Translations under genes and position numbers: made by a program
The notes under the pieces: generated by a model
The model's input: the letters and a program-made list of their open reading frames with translations, nothing else
Database searches by the model: none
Told to the model about the DNA's origin: nothing
Shown: positions 9,874 to 19,037 of the stretch, one piece after another
Numbering within the stretch: position 1 is the first letter of the stretch
Layout of the letters: each line of letters starts with the position of its first letter
Assembly (NCBI GenBank): GCA_965209055.1
Contig: OZ242374.1
Coordinates: 3,648,001-3,712,000 of the forward strand
Length of the DNA: 64,000 nt
Direction: 5' to 3'
Source of the DNA: Acidobacteriota bacterium
Lineage (GTDB): Bacteria; Acidobacteriota; UBA6911; RPQK01; JAJDTT01

Positions 9874-11172
9874 GTGAAACGGCGGACCTTTGTCAGAAGT
9901 CTGTTGGCCCCGGCGGTCGGTGCAGTGTCGGGATTCCATCTGCCGCTGGCGAACGCTGCCAACTACGACGGCAAGCTGTTCATCTTCGTTCAGGCGGAAG
10001 GAGGTTGGGACCCGACAAGTTTCTGCGATCCGAAGATGAATACGCCCGGCGAGAAGGTCATCAACCACTGGGCCGAGAACGGAGAGACTCGGCAGGCGGG
10101 CAATCTCTTCTACGCGGATTTTGCGAACAACGCGCCATTCTTCGAGAAATACTACGACCGGATGCTGGTCATCAACGGGGTTGACGCGCAGACGAATTCA
10201 CACACGGTGGGGGTCGCCCATAACTGGAGTGGCCGGGTCGCGGAAGGCTACCCCAGTATGACTGCATTGCTGGCGGCCCATCACGGACCGGAGTTGCCGC
10301 TTGCCTATCTCAGATTCGGGGGTTTCTCGTACACGGCCGGTCTGACCACCTTCACACTCATGAAAGAACCGGAACTGATTCGAAATATCGCGACCCCGAA
10401 TCTCAATCGGTGGGGTTCGACCCCGTATCTCCGCATGGCAGACTGGGAAAGGTTCCAGAGATTTCGGGCAGAGAATATCGCTCGGCTGAACGAGCCGTCC
10501 CAGCTTTTGCCCAGAGCAGCCCGCAACCGCGAGCTTTATGCAAAGGCGCTGTCGTCGGACTCGACCGATGGACTGAAACATTTTGCTTCCCTCATTCCAC
10601 CGGAGGATGAATTGGATCAACTGGAAGGGTTTCAAGGCCCGTTCAACAGCATCCCCAACCAGTTGCGGCGTCAAGCGCTGTTTACGATCCTTGCGTTCAA
10701 GGCGAAGGTTGCCGTGAGTGCCGATCTGCTCCTGCAAGGTTTCGACACGCACTTCGATCACGACGTGGAGCACACCGAGCGGTTGGGAATGTTGACGGAT
10801 TCCGTGGATTTTCTGTGGGATTTCGCCGAGAAGCATGAAGTCGCCGACCGGCTGGTCGTGGTGATGGGATCGGATTTCGGCCGCACCAACCACTACAACG
10901 TGGATGACGGGAAGGATCACTGGCCCATCGGCAGCTTCATCGTGATGGAAAAGAATCAGACCTGGACCAACCAGGTGATCGGCGAAACCGACGCCCTGCA
11001 CTTCGCGCACAAGATCCACCCGGCCACACTGCAGCGCGACGACGCCAACGGGACCATCATCCACCCGAAGCATATTCACAAGGCGTTGCGCCGGTACTTT
11101 GGAATCGAAGACTCACTGGGAGCCCAGGCATACCCCTTCCGCAACACCGAGGATTTCGCGTTCTTCGAATAG
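9874..11172 (+). CDS. DUF1501 family Tat-exported protein
   Basis: Tat signal MKRRTFVR; GGWDP, GFDTH, SDFGRT, GKDHW motifs. Confidence 0.85.
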   Translation: MKRRTFVRSLLAPAVGAVSGFHLPLANAANYDGKLFIFVQAEGGWDPTSFCDPKMNTPGEKVINHWAENGETRQAGNLFYADFANNAPFFEKYYDRMLVINGVDAQTNSHTVGVAHNWSGRVAEGYPSMTALLAAHHGPELPLAYLRFGGFSYTAGLTTFTLMKEPELIRNIATPNLNRWGSTPYLRMADWERFQRFRAENIARLNEPSQLLPRAARNRELYAKALSSDSTDGLKHFASLIPPEDELDQLEGFQGPFNSIPNQLRRQALFTILAFKAKVAVSADLLLQGFDTHFDHDVEHTERLGMLTDSVDFLWDFAEKHEVADRLVVVMGSDFGRTNHYNVDDGKDHWPIGSFIVMEKNQTWTNQVIGETDALHFAHKIHPATLQRDDANGTIIHPKHIHKALRRYFGIEDSLGAQAYPFRNTEDFAFFE

Positions 11173-11180
11173 GTCACTCA

Positions 11181-11385
11181 CCCGCATTTCCCGCCAAGGG
11201 GCGTGACGAGCGCGCGTCCGGCGCAGTCGGTTCTGGAGAAACCTCGGACAACAAGAACCAGACCTAGCGCGACGTGACCCGGACCTGAGCCCCGATCTTC
11301 AGCGCCAATCCCAGGAGGGAATCGGTCCCTTCCTCTTCGCACCATGCCGTCAGCTCATCGTTGCAGAATCCACTGTCCTCCCGAA
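11181..11385 (-). mobile_element. IS1380-family remnant
   Basis: - strand peptide VREDSGFCNDELTAWCEEEGTDSLLGLA resembles the IS1380 transposase R.DSGF...WCE..G.D...GLA segment; CCCGCATTTC at 11181 resembles an IS1380 terminus. Confidence 0.55.
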
Positions 11386-11432
11386 CCGTGACGGTAGCGG
11401 TCACGAGGCCTGCCCGGAGCGGGCCCCGTTCC

Positions 11433-11462
11433 TTGACTTGGAACCGGCGGATTGGCTCTAAT
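11433..11462 (+). promoter_or_regulatory. Sigma70-like promoter of tRNA-Ser(CGA)
   Basis: TTGACT-N18-TCTAAT ending 7 nt before the tRNA. Confidence 0.55.
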
Positions 11463-11469
11463 GAGCGGT

Positions 11470-11565
11470 GGAGGAGTACCGAAGTGGACGTACCGGGCCC
11501 GACTCGAAATCGGGTTGTCCGGTGATGAGCCGGGCACGTGGGTTCGAATCCCACCTCCTCCGCCA
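11470..11565 (+). tRNA. tRNA-Ser (anticodon CGA)
   Basis: Acceptor GGAGGAG/CTCCTCC-G-CCA, anticodon arm CCCGA-CTCGAAA-TCGGG, long variable arm, GGTTCGAATCC. Confidence 0.96.
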
Positions 11566-11693
11566 AGCTCTTTTCGTCCTTGCTTTCGCGAACGCACATC
11601 GAAGACACTTCCGGCGTAACCATCGCATTTCCCGCTGAGAAATAAGGGCCGGGGGCGTTTCCGGTTCTACGGAAGGCCGGACCCGTAGAGGCC

Positions 11694-12410
11694 ATGCTTT
11701 CCAGGTACGACAAATTCGCCGCCGTCTACAACGGGCACTGGGGCGAGGACTCCCTTGGCTGGTTCCCGCAACTGGAACGTCTTGTGTTGAGAAAGCTCGA
11801 TCCCGGCAGCTTCATCCTCGATGCCTGCTGCGGCACCGGCCAGTTCGCCCGGAAGCTGAGCGCAAGGGGCTTTCGGGTGGTTGGCGTCGACGCCTCTTTC
11901 GAAATGCTCCGCCATGCGGCCGTGAATGCTCCCGGTTGTGGGTTCTTCTGCGCGGATGTCCGATCATTTTGTCTGAGTCGCAAGTTTGCTGCCGCCTTCT
12001 CGCTCTACGATAGCCTCAATCATCTGCTGACGTTGGACGACCTGGAGTCGGCGCTCGCCGGCGTCTCAAGTTGCCTCGCTCCAAGAGGCGTATTTGCCTT
12101 CGATCTCAATACGGAAGTTCAATACCGGTCCACTTGGTCGGGCACTTGGACCATCTCCGATCCGAGTTCGACCACGGTGGCATCGACTTCCTATTGCGAG
12201 GACACTCGGCTAGCGGAATTCCGGGCGACGATATCGTCTCCGAATCGGATCCACGCCGAAGTTGTTCATCTGGTACAGACCTGGTATCCCGTTTCCACGG
12301 TTGTCCAGGCGCTCGAACGAAGCGGCTTCAGGGATGTCTCCTGTAGATCCCTTGACCGTAATCGAGGGATCGCAGAGGCGCGCCGCGTGCTCTTCGTCGC
12401 CGGGAAGTGA
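11694..12410 (+). CDS. Class I SAM-dependent methyltransferase
   Basis: ILDACCGTG motif I, GVDAS.EML, DSLNHL. Confidence 0.88.
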   Translation: MLSRYDKFAAVYNGHWGEDSLGWFPQLERLVLRKLDPGSFILDACCGTGQFARKLSARGFRVVGVDASFEMLRHAAVNAPGCGFFCADVRSFCLSRKFAAAFSLYDSLNHLLTLDDLESALAGVSSCLAPRGVFAFDLNTEVQYRSTWSGTWTISDPSSTTVASTSYCEDTRLAEFRATISSPNRIHAEVVHLVQTWYPVSTVVQALERSGFRDVSCRSLDRNRGIAEARRVLFVAGK

Positions 12411-12597
12411 TTTATCGGCGGGACGGTGTCTGTTCGGTAGATACAGTGAGGCGCGCACCTTGACGGCAGCCTTCGGCCGCGTTGACAATGGACAAAGATT
12501 CTACGCGACTGATTCCATTCGGCGGTGTGGAAGCCATTCAGTTCGGGTATCTTCCGACGCCGCCGTCACCATGTTCGCTCCGGGAGGACGAGAACTC

Positions 12598-13887
12598 ATG
12601 AATCGAATCCGAATCTGGCCGACGTTGTTTTTGCTGATCTCTCCTGCCTGCCAGGAAGCACCCCAGGAAGCCATGAACGAAGCGATGGATCACCGGGTGA
12701 CGGTGAAGATCGACCGGCTGGTGAACATCGTCCCCGCGGGCGCGTCCAAGCGGGCCATGATGGCCATGTCGCGGCATCCCGACGGGACCATCTACCTGGC
12801 GCTTCAGACCGATCCGCCCGCCCTTTACTCGAGTGCGGACAATGGCGAGACCTGGACTTCCTCGCCGGTGGATCTCGGCCGGCCCCACCAGGTGGTCCAG
12901 GGGATGGGTGTTAACCGGAAGGGGAGGATCCTTCTGGTCCACCAGACCAGCGGGGAGCACCCGCCGAACCATAAGGAGTCGCGTCTCTACGGCCAGGACC
13001 TGTTCGTTTCCTACTCGGACGACAGCGGGAAGACCTGGACCACGTCGGAGACCGACTTCACCAAGTTCGGGCCAGGGACGCCAAACATCAAATTCCATGA
13101 GGACGGCAACCGGGCCGTCATCGAGCAGCCGGACGGGACCCTGCTCTTCAACACCACCGTTGTTTCCAGTGAAGAGTACAAGAAGAAACATCCACCCACC
13201 GATCCGGTGAGCCCCCCCAACTACATGTACGGCGGGACACCGGATGATTTTTTTGGGGATGTGGTCTTGCGTTCCACCGATGGCGGAGTCACGTGGGGGG
13301 AACCGGCCCGGGTCTACACCGATCTGAACGCCCACGAGTCGACACTGGCCATCGGTCCCGCCGATCCCGATCACATCCTGGTCATGACCCGGATCCAGCG
13401 CCTGGGCCGGCCCGAGGAGGACGGCGCCAAGATGATGATGGAGACGGGGAACCCCATGCACTACTACAAGCAGGGGGCGCTCTTCGAATCGAAGGACGCC
13501 GGCCAGACCTTCCGGTTGGCGCCCGGCGGAATGACCGAATGGTACGGTCACCGGGGGACGGTCGATTGGACACCCAGCAACGTCGTCGTGGTGACCCATG
13601 CCTGGGGGCACGCCGGAAATACGCGCAGAGCGGCGCGAATCAGCCTGGACGGCGGACAGACCTGGGTCGACGGCACCCGCTCCGGGACACCCCTCATGAA
13701 CCGGTCCAAGAAGTTCCTGCTGGCTCCCGTGGCCGGCTTCACGACCCCGACTGTCGAAATTTCCCCGGGACGCTTCATGACGGCCGTTTACCACTACTCG
13801 CACATCGATTCGGTCCCGGACCACCTCAAGGGGGTCGTCGCGGGAGTCTTCTGGACCCTCGAAAAGGCAGCCGGTGCCGAAGAATGA
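12598..13887 (+). CDS. BNR/Asp-box repeat (sialidase-like) secreted protein
   Basis: Asp boxes SADNGETW, SDDSGKTW, STDGGVTW, SLDGGQTW; GGAGG before ATG at 12598. Confidence 0.8.
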   Translation: MNRIRIWPTLFLLISPACQEAPQEAMNEAMDHRVTVKIDRLVNIVPAGASKRAMMAMSRHPDGTIYLALQTDPPALYSSADNGETWTSSPVDLGRPHQVVQGMGVNRKGRILLVHQTSGEHPPNHKESRLYGQDLFVSYSDDSGKTWTTSETDFTKFGPGTPNIKFHEDGNRAVIEQPDGTLLFNTTVVSSEEYKKKHPPTDPVSPPNYMYGGTPDDFFGDVVLRSTDGGVTWGEPARVYTDLNAHESTLAIGPADPDHILVMTRIQRLGRPEEDGAKMMMETGNPMHYYKQGALFESKDAGQTFRLAPGGMTEWYGHRGTVDWTPSNVVVVTHAWGHAGNTRRAARISLDGGQTWVDGTRSGTPLMNRSKKFLLAPVAGFTTPTVEISPGRFMTAVYHYSHIDSVPDHLKGVVAGVFWTLEKAAGAEE

Positions 13888-14720
13888 TCGTTGACGCCCA
13901 TCTTCACGTCTGGCGTGCGGCGCCCGATTACCCCAATCCCGGCGCCACCATCGTCAGTCCGACGTCGGACGTCCCCGTGGAACTGCTCCGGCAGTACATG
14001 GACGAGCACGGGGTGGACCGGGCCGTGTTGGTCCAACCTCTCTACCCCGGTGAGGACAACTCCTACGTGGCCGACTGCGCCGCCGCGGAACCGGACCGCC
14101 TGGCGGCCGTGTGCTACGTGGACCCGCGGCGGGAGGGGGCAGACCGGCGCCTCCGCTACTGGGTCGAGGAACGGGGTTGCCGGGGTCTGAGGATTCGTCC
14201 GAACGTTCCCGGCGAGGAAGTGACCTTTGGCCGGCCCGCTTCGTATCCGGTCTGGGCAGCCGCCCAGGACCTGGGAATCGCGGTCAACCTGCTCATGAGG
14301 ATGGACCATGTCCCGTCCCTGGCCGGACTGGCGGAGCGGTTTCCCCAGGTTCCCCTCCTCATCGATCATATGGCCTATCCCGACGTGACGGCCGGAACGG
14401 GCGATCCGGCATTCCAGGCGCTGCTGGCGCTCAGCCGGTATCCCCAGGTGTCGGTGAAGGTCAGTGGCTACTACTACCACTCGCGGCAGGCGTGGCCGAA
14501 CCTGGACTGCCATCCGTTCTTCCGGGCCTTCCACGATGCGTTCGGCGCGGATCGGCTGATCTGGGGAAGCGACTTCCCCCACGTTCTGCTCAAGTGCAGC
14601 TACGCCAGTGCTTTGGGGCTCCAGGAGCGCTTCTACACGGAACTGGAACCTGCAGAAATGGCCGCCGTCATGGGAGGGAACGCCGCCTCCGCCTACTGGC
14701 CGGATTCCGGTTCGGGGTAA
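13884..14720 (+). CDS. Amidohydrolase_2 family protein
   Basis: MIVDAHLHVW, LIDHM, LIWGSDFPH; ATG overlaps the upstream stop. Confidence 0.9.
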   Translation: MIVDAHLHVWRAAPDYPNPGATIVSPTSDVPVELLRQYMDEHGVDRAVLVQPLYPGEDNSYVADCAAAEPDRLAAVCYVDPRREGADRRLRYWVEERGCRGLRIRPNVPGEEVTFGRPASYPVWAAAQDLGIAVNLLMRMDHVPSLAGLAERFPQVPLLIDHMAYPDVTAGTGDPAFQALLALSRYPQVSVKVSGYYYHSRQAWPNLDCHPFFRAFHDAFGADRLIWGSDFPHVLLKCSYASALGLQERFYTELEPAEMAAVMGGNAASAYWPDSGSG

Positions 14721-14804
14721 GGTCCAGCCTGGGTTCCGACCGGGTCGCGGGCTTGTTCCGGAACCACCCAGGAAGTAAAATTCACGGCTTGTATTTTCCG
14801 GCCA

Positions 14805-14895
<91 letters not shown>

Positions 14896-15025
14896 TCTAT
14901 TCATGTAACTCTTTTTTTTAGAACGCTTTATCTGATAATTTGCAAAGGGATATCACGAATCATGCTGTATTTCGAACGGCATTAGTCTTTGCCGATCACA
15001 GTCGCGCATGCCTCCCCACGAAGTG

Positions 15026-15952
15026 TCAGCTGCTTTGAGGCCGACTATGGGGTACCACTATGGTGGGTGGGAGAGTGCTCACGGCTTGAATGAGGATGAA
15101 GACCTGATATGTCTGCGTGAATGACTCAGCGATGCACTCATGGCGCAGACCGTTGATGTCATTGAGAACAAGCGGTCGTTTCCCAGAAGACTTGCGGGTT
15201 CCGAGTGGAATTAGTGCTCCGAGCGGATCCGCTGGAGTAAAGACGGTACACCACGAGTACCCGCCGAAGGTCTTGAGGAACGAGTCAGACGAGATGACCC
15301 GACGAAGTGTGGCTCTGAATCCACCATTTGATAGTGTCGGAGGATTTAGGACCAGAACTACACAGCAGCGGTCGTTCTTTGAGACATACTGGCGTATCGA
15401 CGCGTACAGCGATGCGTCGAACTTCTTGGCCAGTCTTATCGGAGTCCAGATTTCGAACTTTTCGTCTGCCGCCATGCAGGCGAACGTATCGTTCTGGAAC
15501 AGCACCTCGGAAGCGAATACATTTGCTTCCCGGTCAAAGAGATCTGCGGCTGCGGGATCGAGTGCCTGATCGCAGTCCTCGACAAGATCGTACATGGCCC
15601 GCTGCCAAGGCATAAACCCATGCCCGGCTTCGTGAAGCATGACAAACCGTTTCCTGACGGGCTTTAGAAGATGGTCGACGAAGACTATGTTCGACTTTAC
15701 GTCGAAAACGCCGACCACCTTGGATAGGGCTCGCTTGAGCGCGTCGCCTGCTTTGGAGCGCAACTTCGACAGGAATTTCTCGTTGAGTACCTCGTCTTCG
15801 ACCTGCTCGACATTCGCCACGGCGAGGATGTGGTCAACGGGTGTGGGAAGATTGCCGAGAGCGCCGGCCTCAAGCAATGCTCTGCGGGCGTGGCGGCGTA
15901 CGTTGAGCAGCTGAGCGGGCGTTAGCGAGCTGTCGTCGGGTTTGTGCGTCAT
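15026..15952 (-). CDS. ImmA/IrrE-family metallopeptidase (CapP-like)
   Basis: RKRFVMLHEAGH (HExxH) followed by DREANVFASEVLF; overlaps the upstream HTH gene. Confidence 0.85.
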   Translation of the reverse strand: MTHKPDDSSLTPAQLLNVRRHARRALLEAGALGNLPTPVDHILAVANVEQVEDEVLNEKFLSKLRSKAGDALKRALSKVVGVFDVKSNIVFVDHLLKPVRKRFVMLHEAGHGFMPWQRAMYDLVEDCDQALDPAAADLFDREANVFASEVLFQNDTFACMAADEKFEIWTPIRLAKKFDASLYASIRQYVSKNDRCCVVLVLNPPTLSNGGFRATLRRVISSDSFLKTFGGYSWCTVFTPADPLGALIPLGTRKSSGKRPLVLNDINGLRHECIAESFTQTYQVFILIQAVSTLPPTIVVPHSRPQSS

Positions 15953-16329
15953 CGTTTTCTACGCCATCGAATAAAGGCAAGGTGTTCTCGGAGAGCCTCC
16001 TCCTCTTCAGCCGTGAGGTCTTCGATGGAGTAGGTGGCGGCCTTTCCGTGTTTCGCGGCGTCTCCCCGTTGTGTCTGGGACACGATATAACCGGTCCGTT
16101 CCATCAATAGCTCATAGGGAATGGCAAGTGCTTGCGATAGAGCGTACAGAACATGCGGGGACGGTTTTCTGACCTTGCCGGTTTCAAGTTGGCTCAGGTA
16201 CGCATTACTGACCTCCTTTCCAGTCGCTTCCTCGACGTCCCGGAGAGAAAGGCCTTGAGCGGTTCGGGCGGCTCTTAGGTACTGCCCCAGTTTGTTGGGC
16301 TGATCTGGAGTTCCGTTGGCCATGGGCAC
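15949..16329 (-). CDS. XRE-family HTH transcriptional repressor (CapH-like)
   Basis: LRAARTAQGLSLRDVEE...SNAYLSQLETGK..KPSP. Confidence 0.9.
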   Translation of the reverse strand: MPMANGTPDQPNKLGQYLRAARTAQGLSLRDVEEATGKEVSNAYLSQLETGKVRKPSPHVLYALSQALAIPYELLMERTGYIVSQTQRGDAAKHGKAATYSIEDLTAEEEEALREHLAFIRWRRKR

Positions 16330-16379
16330 CTCTCCTGTTCAACAAGGACAGCGTGTTGGCCGTAGTCTATTTATTGAAC

Positions 16380-16441
16380 GCTTGAGGTGTCAAGCATCGC
16401 TCGGGATATGCTTGATCTGTCAAGCAGTTGCATGGTATACT
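16380..16441. promoter_or_regulatory. Twin palindromic operators overlapping a divergent promoter
   Basis: GCTTGA-GGTG-TCAAGC (16380-16395) and GCTTGA-TCTG-TCAAGC (16410-16425); TTGATC...TGGTATACT promoter-like elements. Confidence 0.6.
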
Positions 16442-16761
16442 GTGCAAAATGTTGATGGACGGTCCAAAAAAGGGTGAGGACGGAAGAAAAAAGAGAGGTG
16501 GAGGAAGAGGAGAATGTCCGCTACGACGACATCGGTCGTTTCTGTGGAGGACGGATTGCCGACGTCAACCACGCGGCGAGAGTACCGCCGACCGATCCAC
16601 CCGCAGTAAGCCTGCCGGACCCACCGGGCTCAGGCTGGACTTCGTCGCGGTAGGAAGAACGGAGGACGGGAGTCCGCTGCCTAGGAAAACATCAGTTTGG
16701 CGCACAATCGAGTCGAGTTGTTCGAATTACGCCTTAATTCCAACAATAGGAGAAGCAAACA

Positions 16762-17010
16762 ATGAACGGTGACACGCAGATTTACGTGAGCGGTCGAGAG
16801 TACAAGGTCCCGGGCCAAGTCGTGAGCTATGAGCAGGTCGTGGATATTTGGAACAAGCTGCACAAGGCGGAGAACAAGTACATCATCGGTACGCCCGGCA
16901 TCGACTACGAAGACAATTTGAAAGGCGAGGACGGCGTTCTCCTCCCCGGCAAAGATGTTGAAGTCAAGGACGGCACGAGCTTCTCGGTAGACCCCGAACA
17001 TGTCTCGTAA
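16762..17010 (+). CDS. Single-domain multi-ubiquitin-type ubiquitin-like protein
   Basis: IYVSGREYKV...VSYEQVV...LLPGKDVEVKDGTSFSV fits the Multi_ubiq beta-grasp pattern; good RBS; overlaps the ThiF gene. Confidence 0.75.
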   Translation: MNGDTQIYVSGREYKVPGQVVSYEQVVDIWNKLHKAENKYIIGTPGIDYEDNLKGEDGVLLPGKDVEVKDGTSFSVDPEHVS

Positions 17011-18187
17011 GGACCGCCTTTTTGGTTTCGCGAAACAGGCCGGCTTTACAGTCAGGATGGGCTCGGACGTTGTCGTGGCAAAGGACGTCCCATGTCTGCT
17101 TGTGAACGGGAAAGTCAGCTCTTGCACTATCGAAAAATCCTTCGATTCCGAGAGTGAGAAACCGAACACACGTATAGGAGGCGCAGCCCATGGCGTGCGT
17201 ATCACGCCTGATGAAGCCCACGACGGCTGCGTCTACAATGCGGACAGGACGCCTGTCGGGAACCGCATAGGCGGGGATGGGCGGACTTGGTCGAACATTT
17301 CCATTCGGAAGGGCGGCGGAGATTGCCCAGAGGACGACGTGTCAGCATGGGACACGGTCCACCGCTATGCGAAGCAGATCGTCGGCGCCGTCTCTGCGTC
17401 TGGTTTTTACGAACCCGATTCTCTCCGGGACCAAGGTCCGTTCAAGATTCCCAATACTTTCGAGGCACGAGCGGCAATTGGCCCGGTTCAGGATCGCATA
17501 CGCGATCAGCGGATTGCGATCATCGGGTTGGGTGGAACGGGCGCCTACGTTCTGGACCTAATTGCAAAGACGCCGGTGATCGAGATACATCTCTTGGACT
17601 CCGATCACGTTGATTGGCACAATCTCATGCGTGCACCGGGGGCACCTTCTACCGACGAGATTGAGTCCCTGCGGAGGGAGACCCTGCGCAAAGTGGAATA
17701 CTATCGTTCCAAATACTCATCGTTGCGAGAAGGGATCCACTTGCACGTTTCCCGTGTGGTTGGCTCATCTGAGTTTGCTAAGTTTTTGACGGCTTATCCC
17801 ATCGATTTCGCCTTCGTGTGCATCGACCAAGTGGCCGACTCCGACTCACCTCGTCAAGATGCTGTGTACTTTGCGCTCTCGGAAGCGGAGGTACCGTTCA
17901 TAGACTCGGGTGTGAGCATAACGCTGGAGGGCCGCGCGGTCAGAGGCGTCGTGACAACGAGCGTGTATGCCGGAGGCTCTCTGGCATGGAAGGAGGCCAT
18001 ACCGAATGCTAGAGTCCGGGGCAATGTGCCTGGTTATCGCAACGTTCAACTGCCGGAAGTGAACGCGTTGGCGGCGTCACTTGCCGTGATGGAGTGGCGG
18101 CGCCGCACGGAACAGTATGTTTCGGAGTCCACTTCGTTTCTCCATAAGTTCCGCCTTGAGGCGCCGCGGATTGTCAATGTGGGCTGA
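17000..18187 (+). CDS. ThiF/E1-like adenylyltransferase with an N-terminal DUF6791-like domain
   Basis: IAIIGLGGTGAYVLDLIAKTPV.EIHL.D.D...HN..RAPGA; PFIDSG; NVQLPEVNALAA. Confidence 0.85.
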   Translation: MSRKDRLFGFAKQAGFTVRMGSDVVVAKDVPCLLVNGKVSSCTIEKSFDSESEKPNTRIGGAAHGVRITPDEAHDGCVYNADRTPVGNRIGGDGRTWSNISIRKGGGDCPEDDVSAWDTVHRYAKQIVGAVSASGFYEPDSLRDQGPFKIPNTFEARAAIGPVQDRIRDQRIAIIGLGGTGAYVLDLIAKTPVIEIHLLDSDHVDWHNLMRAPGAPSTDEIESLRRETLRKVEYYRSKYSSLREGIHLHVSRVVGSSEFAKFLTAYPIDFAFVCIDQVADSDSPRQDAVYFALSEAEVPFIDSGVSITLEGRAVRGVVTTSVYAGGSLAWKEAIPNARVRGNVPGYRNVQLPEVNALAASLAVMEWRRRTEQYVSESTSFLHKFRLEAPRIVNVG

Positions 18188-18205
18188 CGTGCAGGAATAG
18201 AATCT

Positions 18206-18622
18206 GTGAAACTCCGGCCCATTTTTGTAGACGTATTGCCCGAGTTCAACACAATCAAAGCCGGCGAGCTCTGGATCAGCCACAAGTACCGGACCGTCAA
18301 CCTGCGTTGCCCCTGCGGTTGCGGCAATTTGACGGTGCTGTCGCTCCACCCCAGCCGGTGGCATGTTCACTTCGATGGGAAGTCGGTTTCCCTGGACGGT
18401 CCCACGGGCGGGTCGGTGTGGGCGAATTCGGGCTGCGGCAGCCATTACCTCATACGGAACAACGCTGTGATTTGGGCGGACAGGATCGATCCAGGTTGTC
18501 ATTATCAATATGCCGACATCGAGCGGGCCAGACTGCTTGGCTCGAAACCGAGCCACGAGACTCTTGGTTCACGGATCGGACGTGTATGGCGCCGTCTGTT
18601 GTCAGGGTGCAGGCGCAAGTAG
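18206..18622 (+). CDS. DUF6527 family protein
   Basis: G.LWIS..YRT...CPCGCG...W...FDGKSVSL...C.SHY.IR.N.V.W pattern; follows the ThiF gene. Confidence 0.8.
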   Translation: MKLRPIFVDVLPEFNTIKAGELWISHKYRTVNLRCPCGCGNLTVLSLHPSRWHVHFDGKSVSLDGPTGGSVWANSGCGSHYLIRNNAVIWADRIDPGCHYQYADIERARLLGSKPSHETLGSRIGRVWRRLLSGCRRK

Positions 18623-18722
18623 CGCGCCTTCCACTCGGAGGCTAACCATTCGGTCCAACGAGCGCAGCCGTGCACGCAACTGGTGCCCGCGACGGAAAAT
18701 GTAAAGGGGCAAGTAGATGACG

Positions 18723-18965
18723 TCAGCCGAACCTCTTCAATCTTCTCGATTTCCCTCGCTCGCGCCTAAGCAATGAGACCATCTCCCGGGTGGAGATGTT
18801 CGCCTTGATTGAGGGAACGTTCAAGGGTGACGTGGGGGTCCCCTCCGGCACAAGAGCATTGGTCCTCCCGTCTCTTCGACGAATGTACACTTTGCCTGTT
18901 GAATCCGCCTCATCCAATACGGTGGAAAGGTCTTGTCTGGCTTCAGTGTGGGTAAAGATTTTCAT
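18723..18965 (-). CDS. Phd/YefM-type antitoxin (orphan)
   Basis: MKIFTHTEARQDLSTVLDEA...VYIRRRDGR. Confidence 0.7.
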   Translation of the reverse strand: MKIFTHTEARQDLSTVLDEADSTGKVYIRRRDGRTNALVPEGTPTSPLNVPSIKANISTREMVSLLRRERGKSRRLKRFG

Positions 18966-19037
18966 TTGAAACCTGCTGAGGCGCCGCTGGATCCGGCTGG
19001 TTTCAATTCCAGTGCCGAACACGACTGTCGGCACTAA

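Noticed and set aside
11183-11635. 12-bp direct repeat CGCATTTCCCGC at 11183 and 11624 flanking the IS remnant and tRNA
   Set aside because: Too short and unsupported to call an att site or TSD; may be chance.
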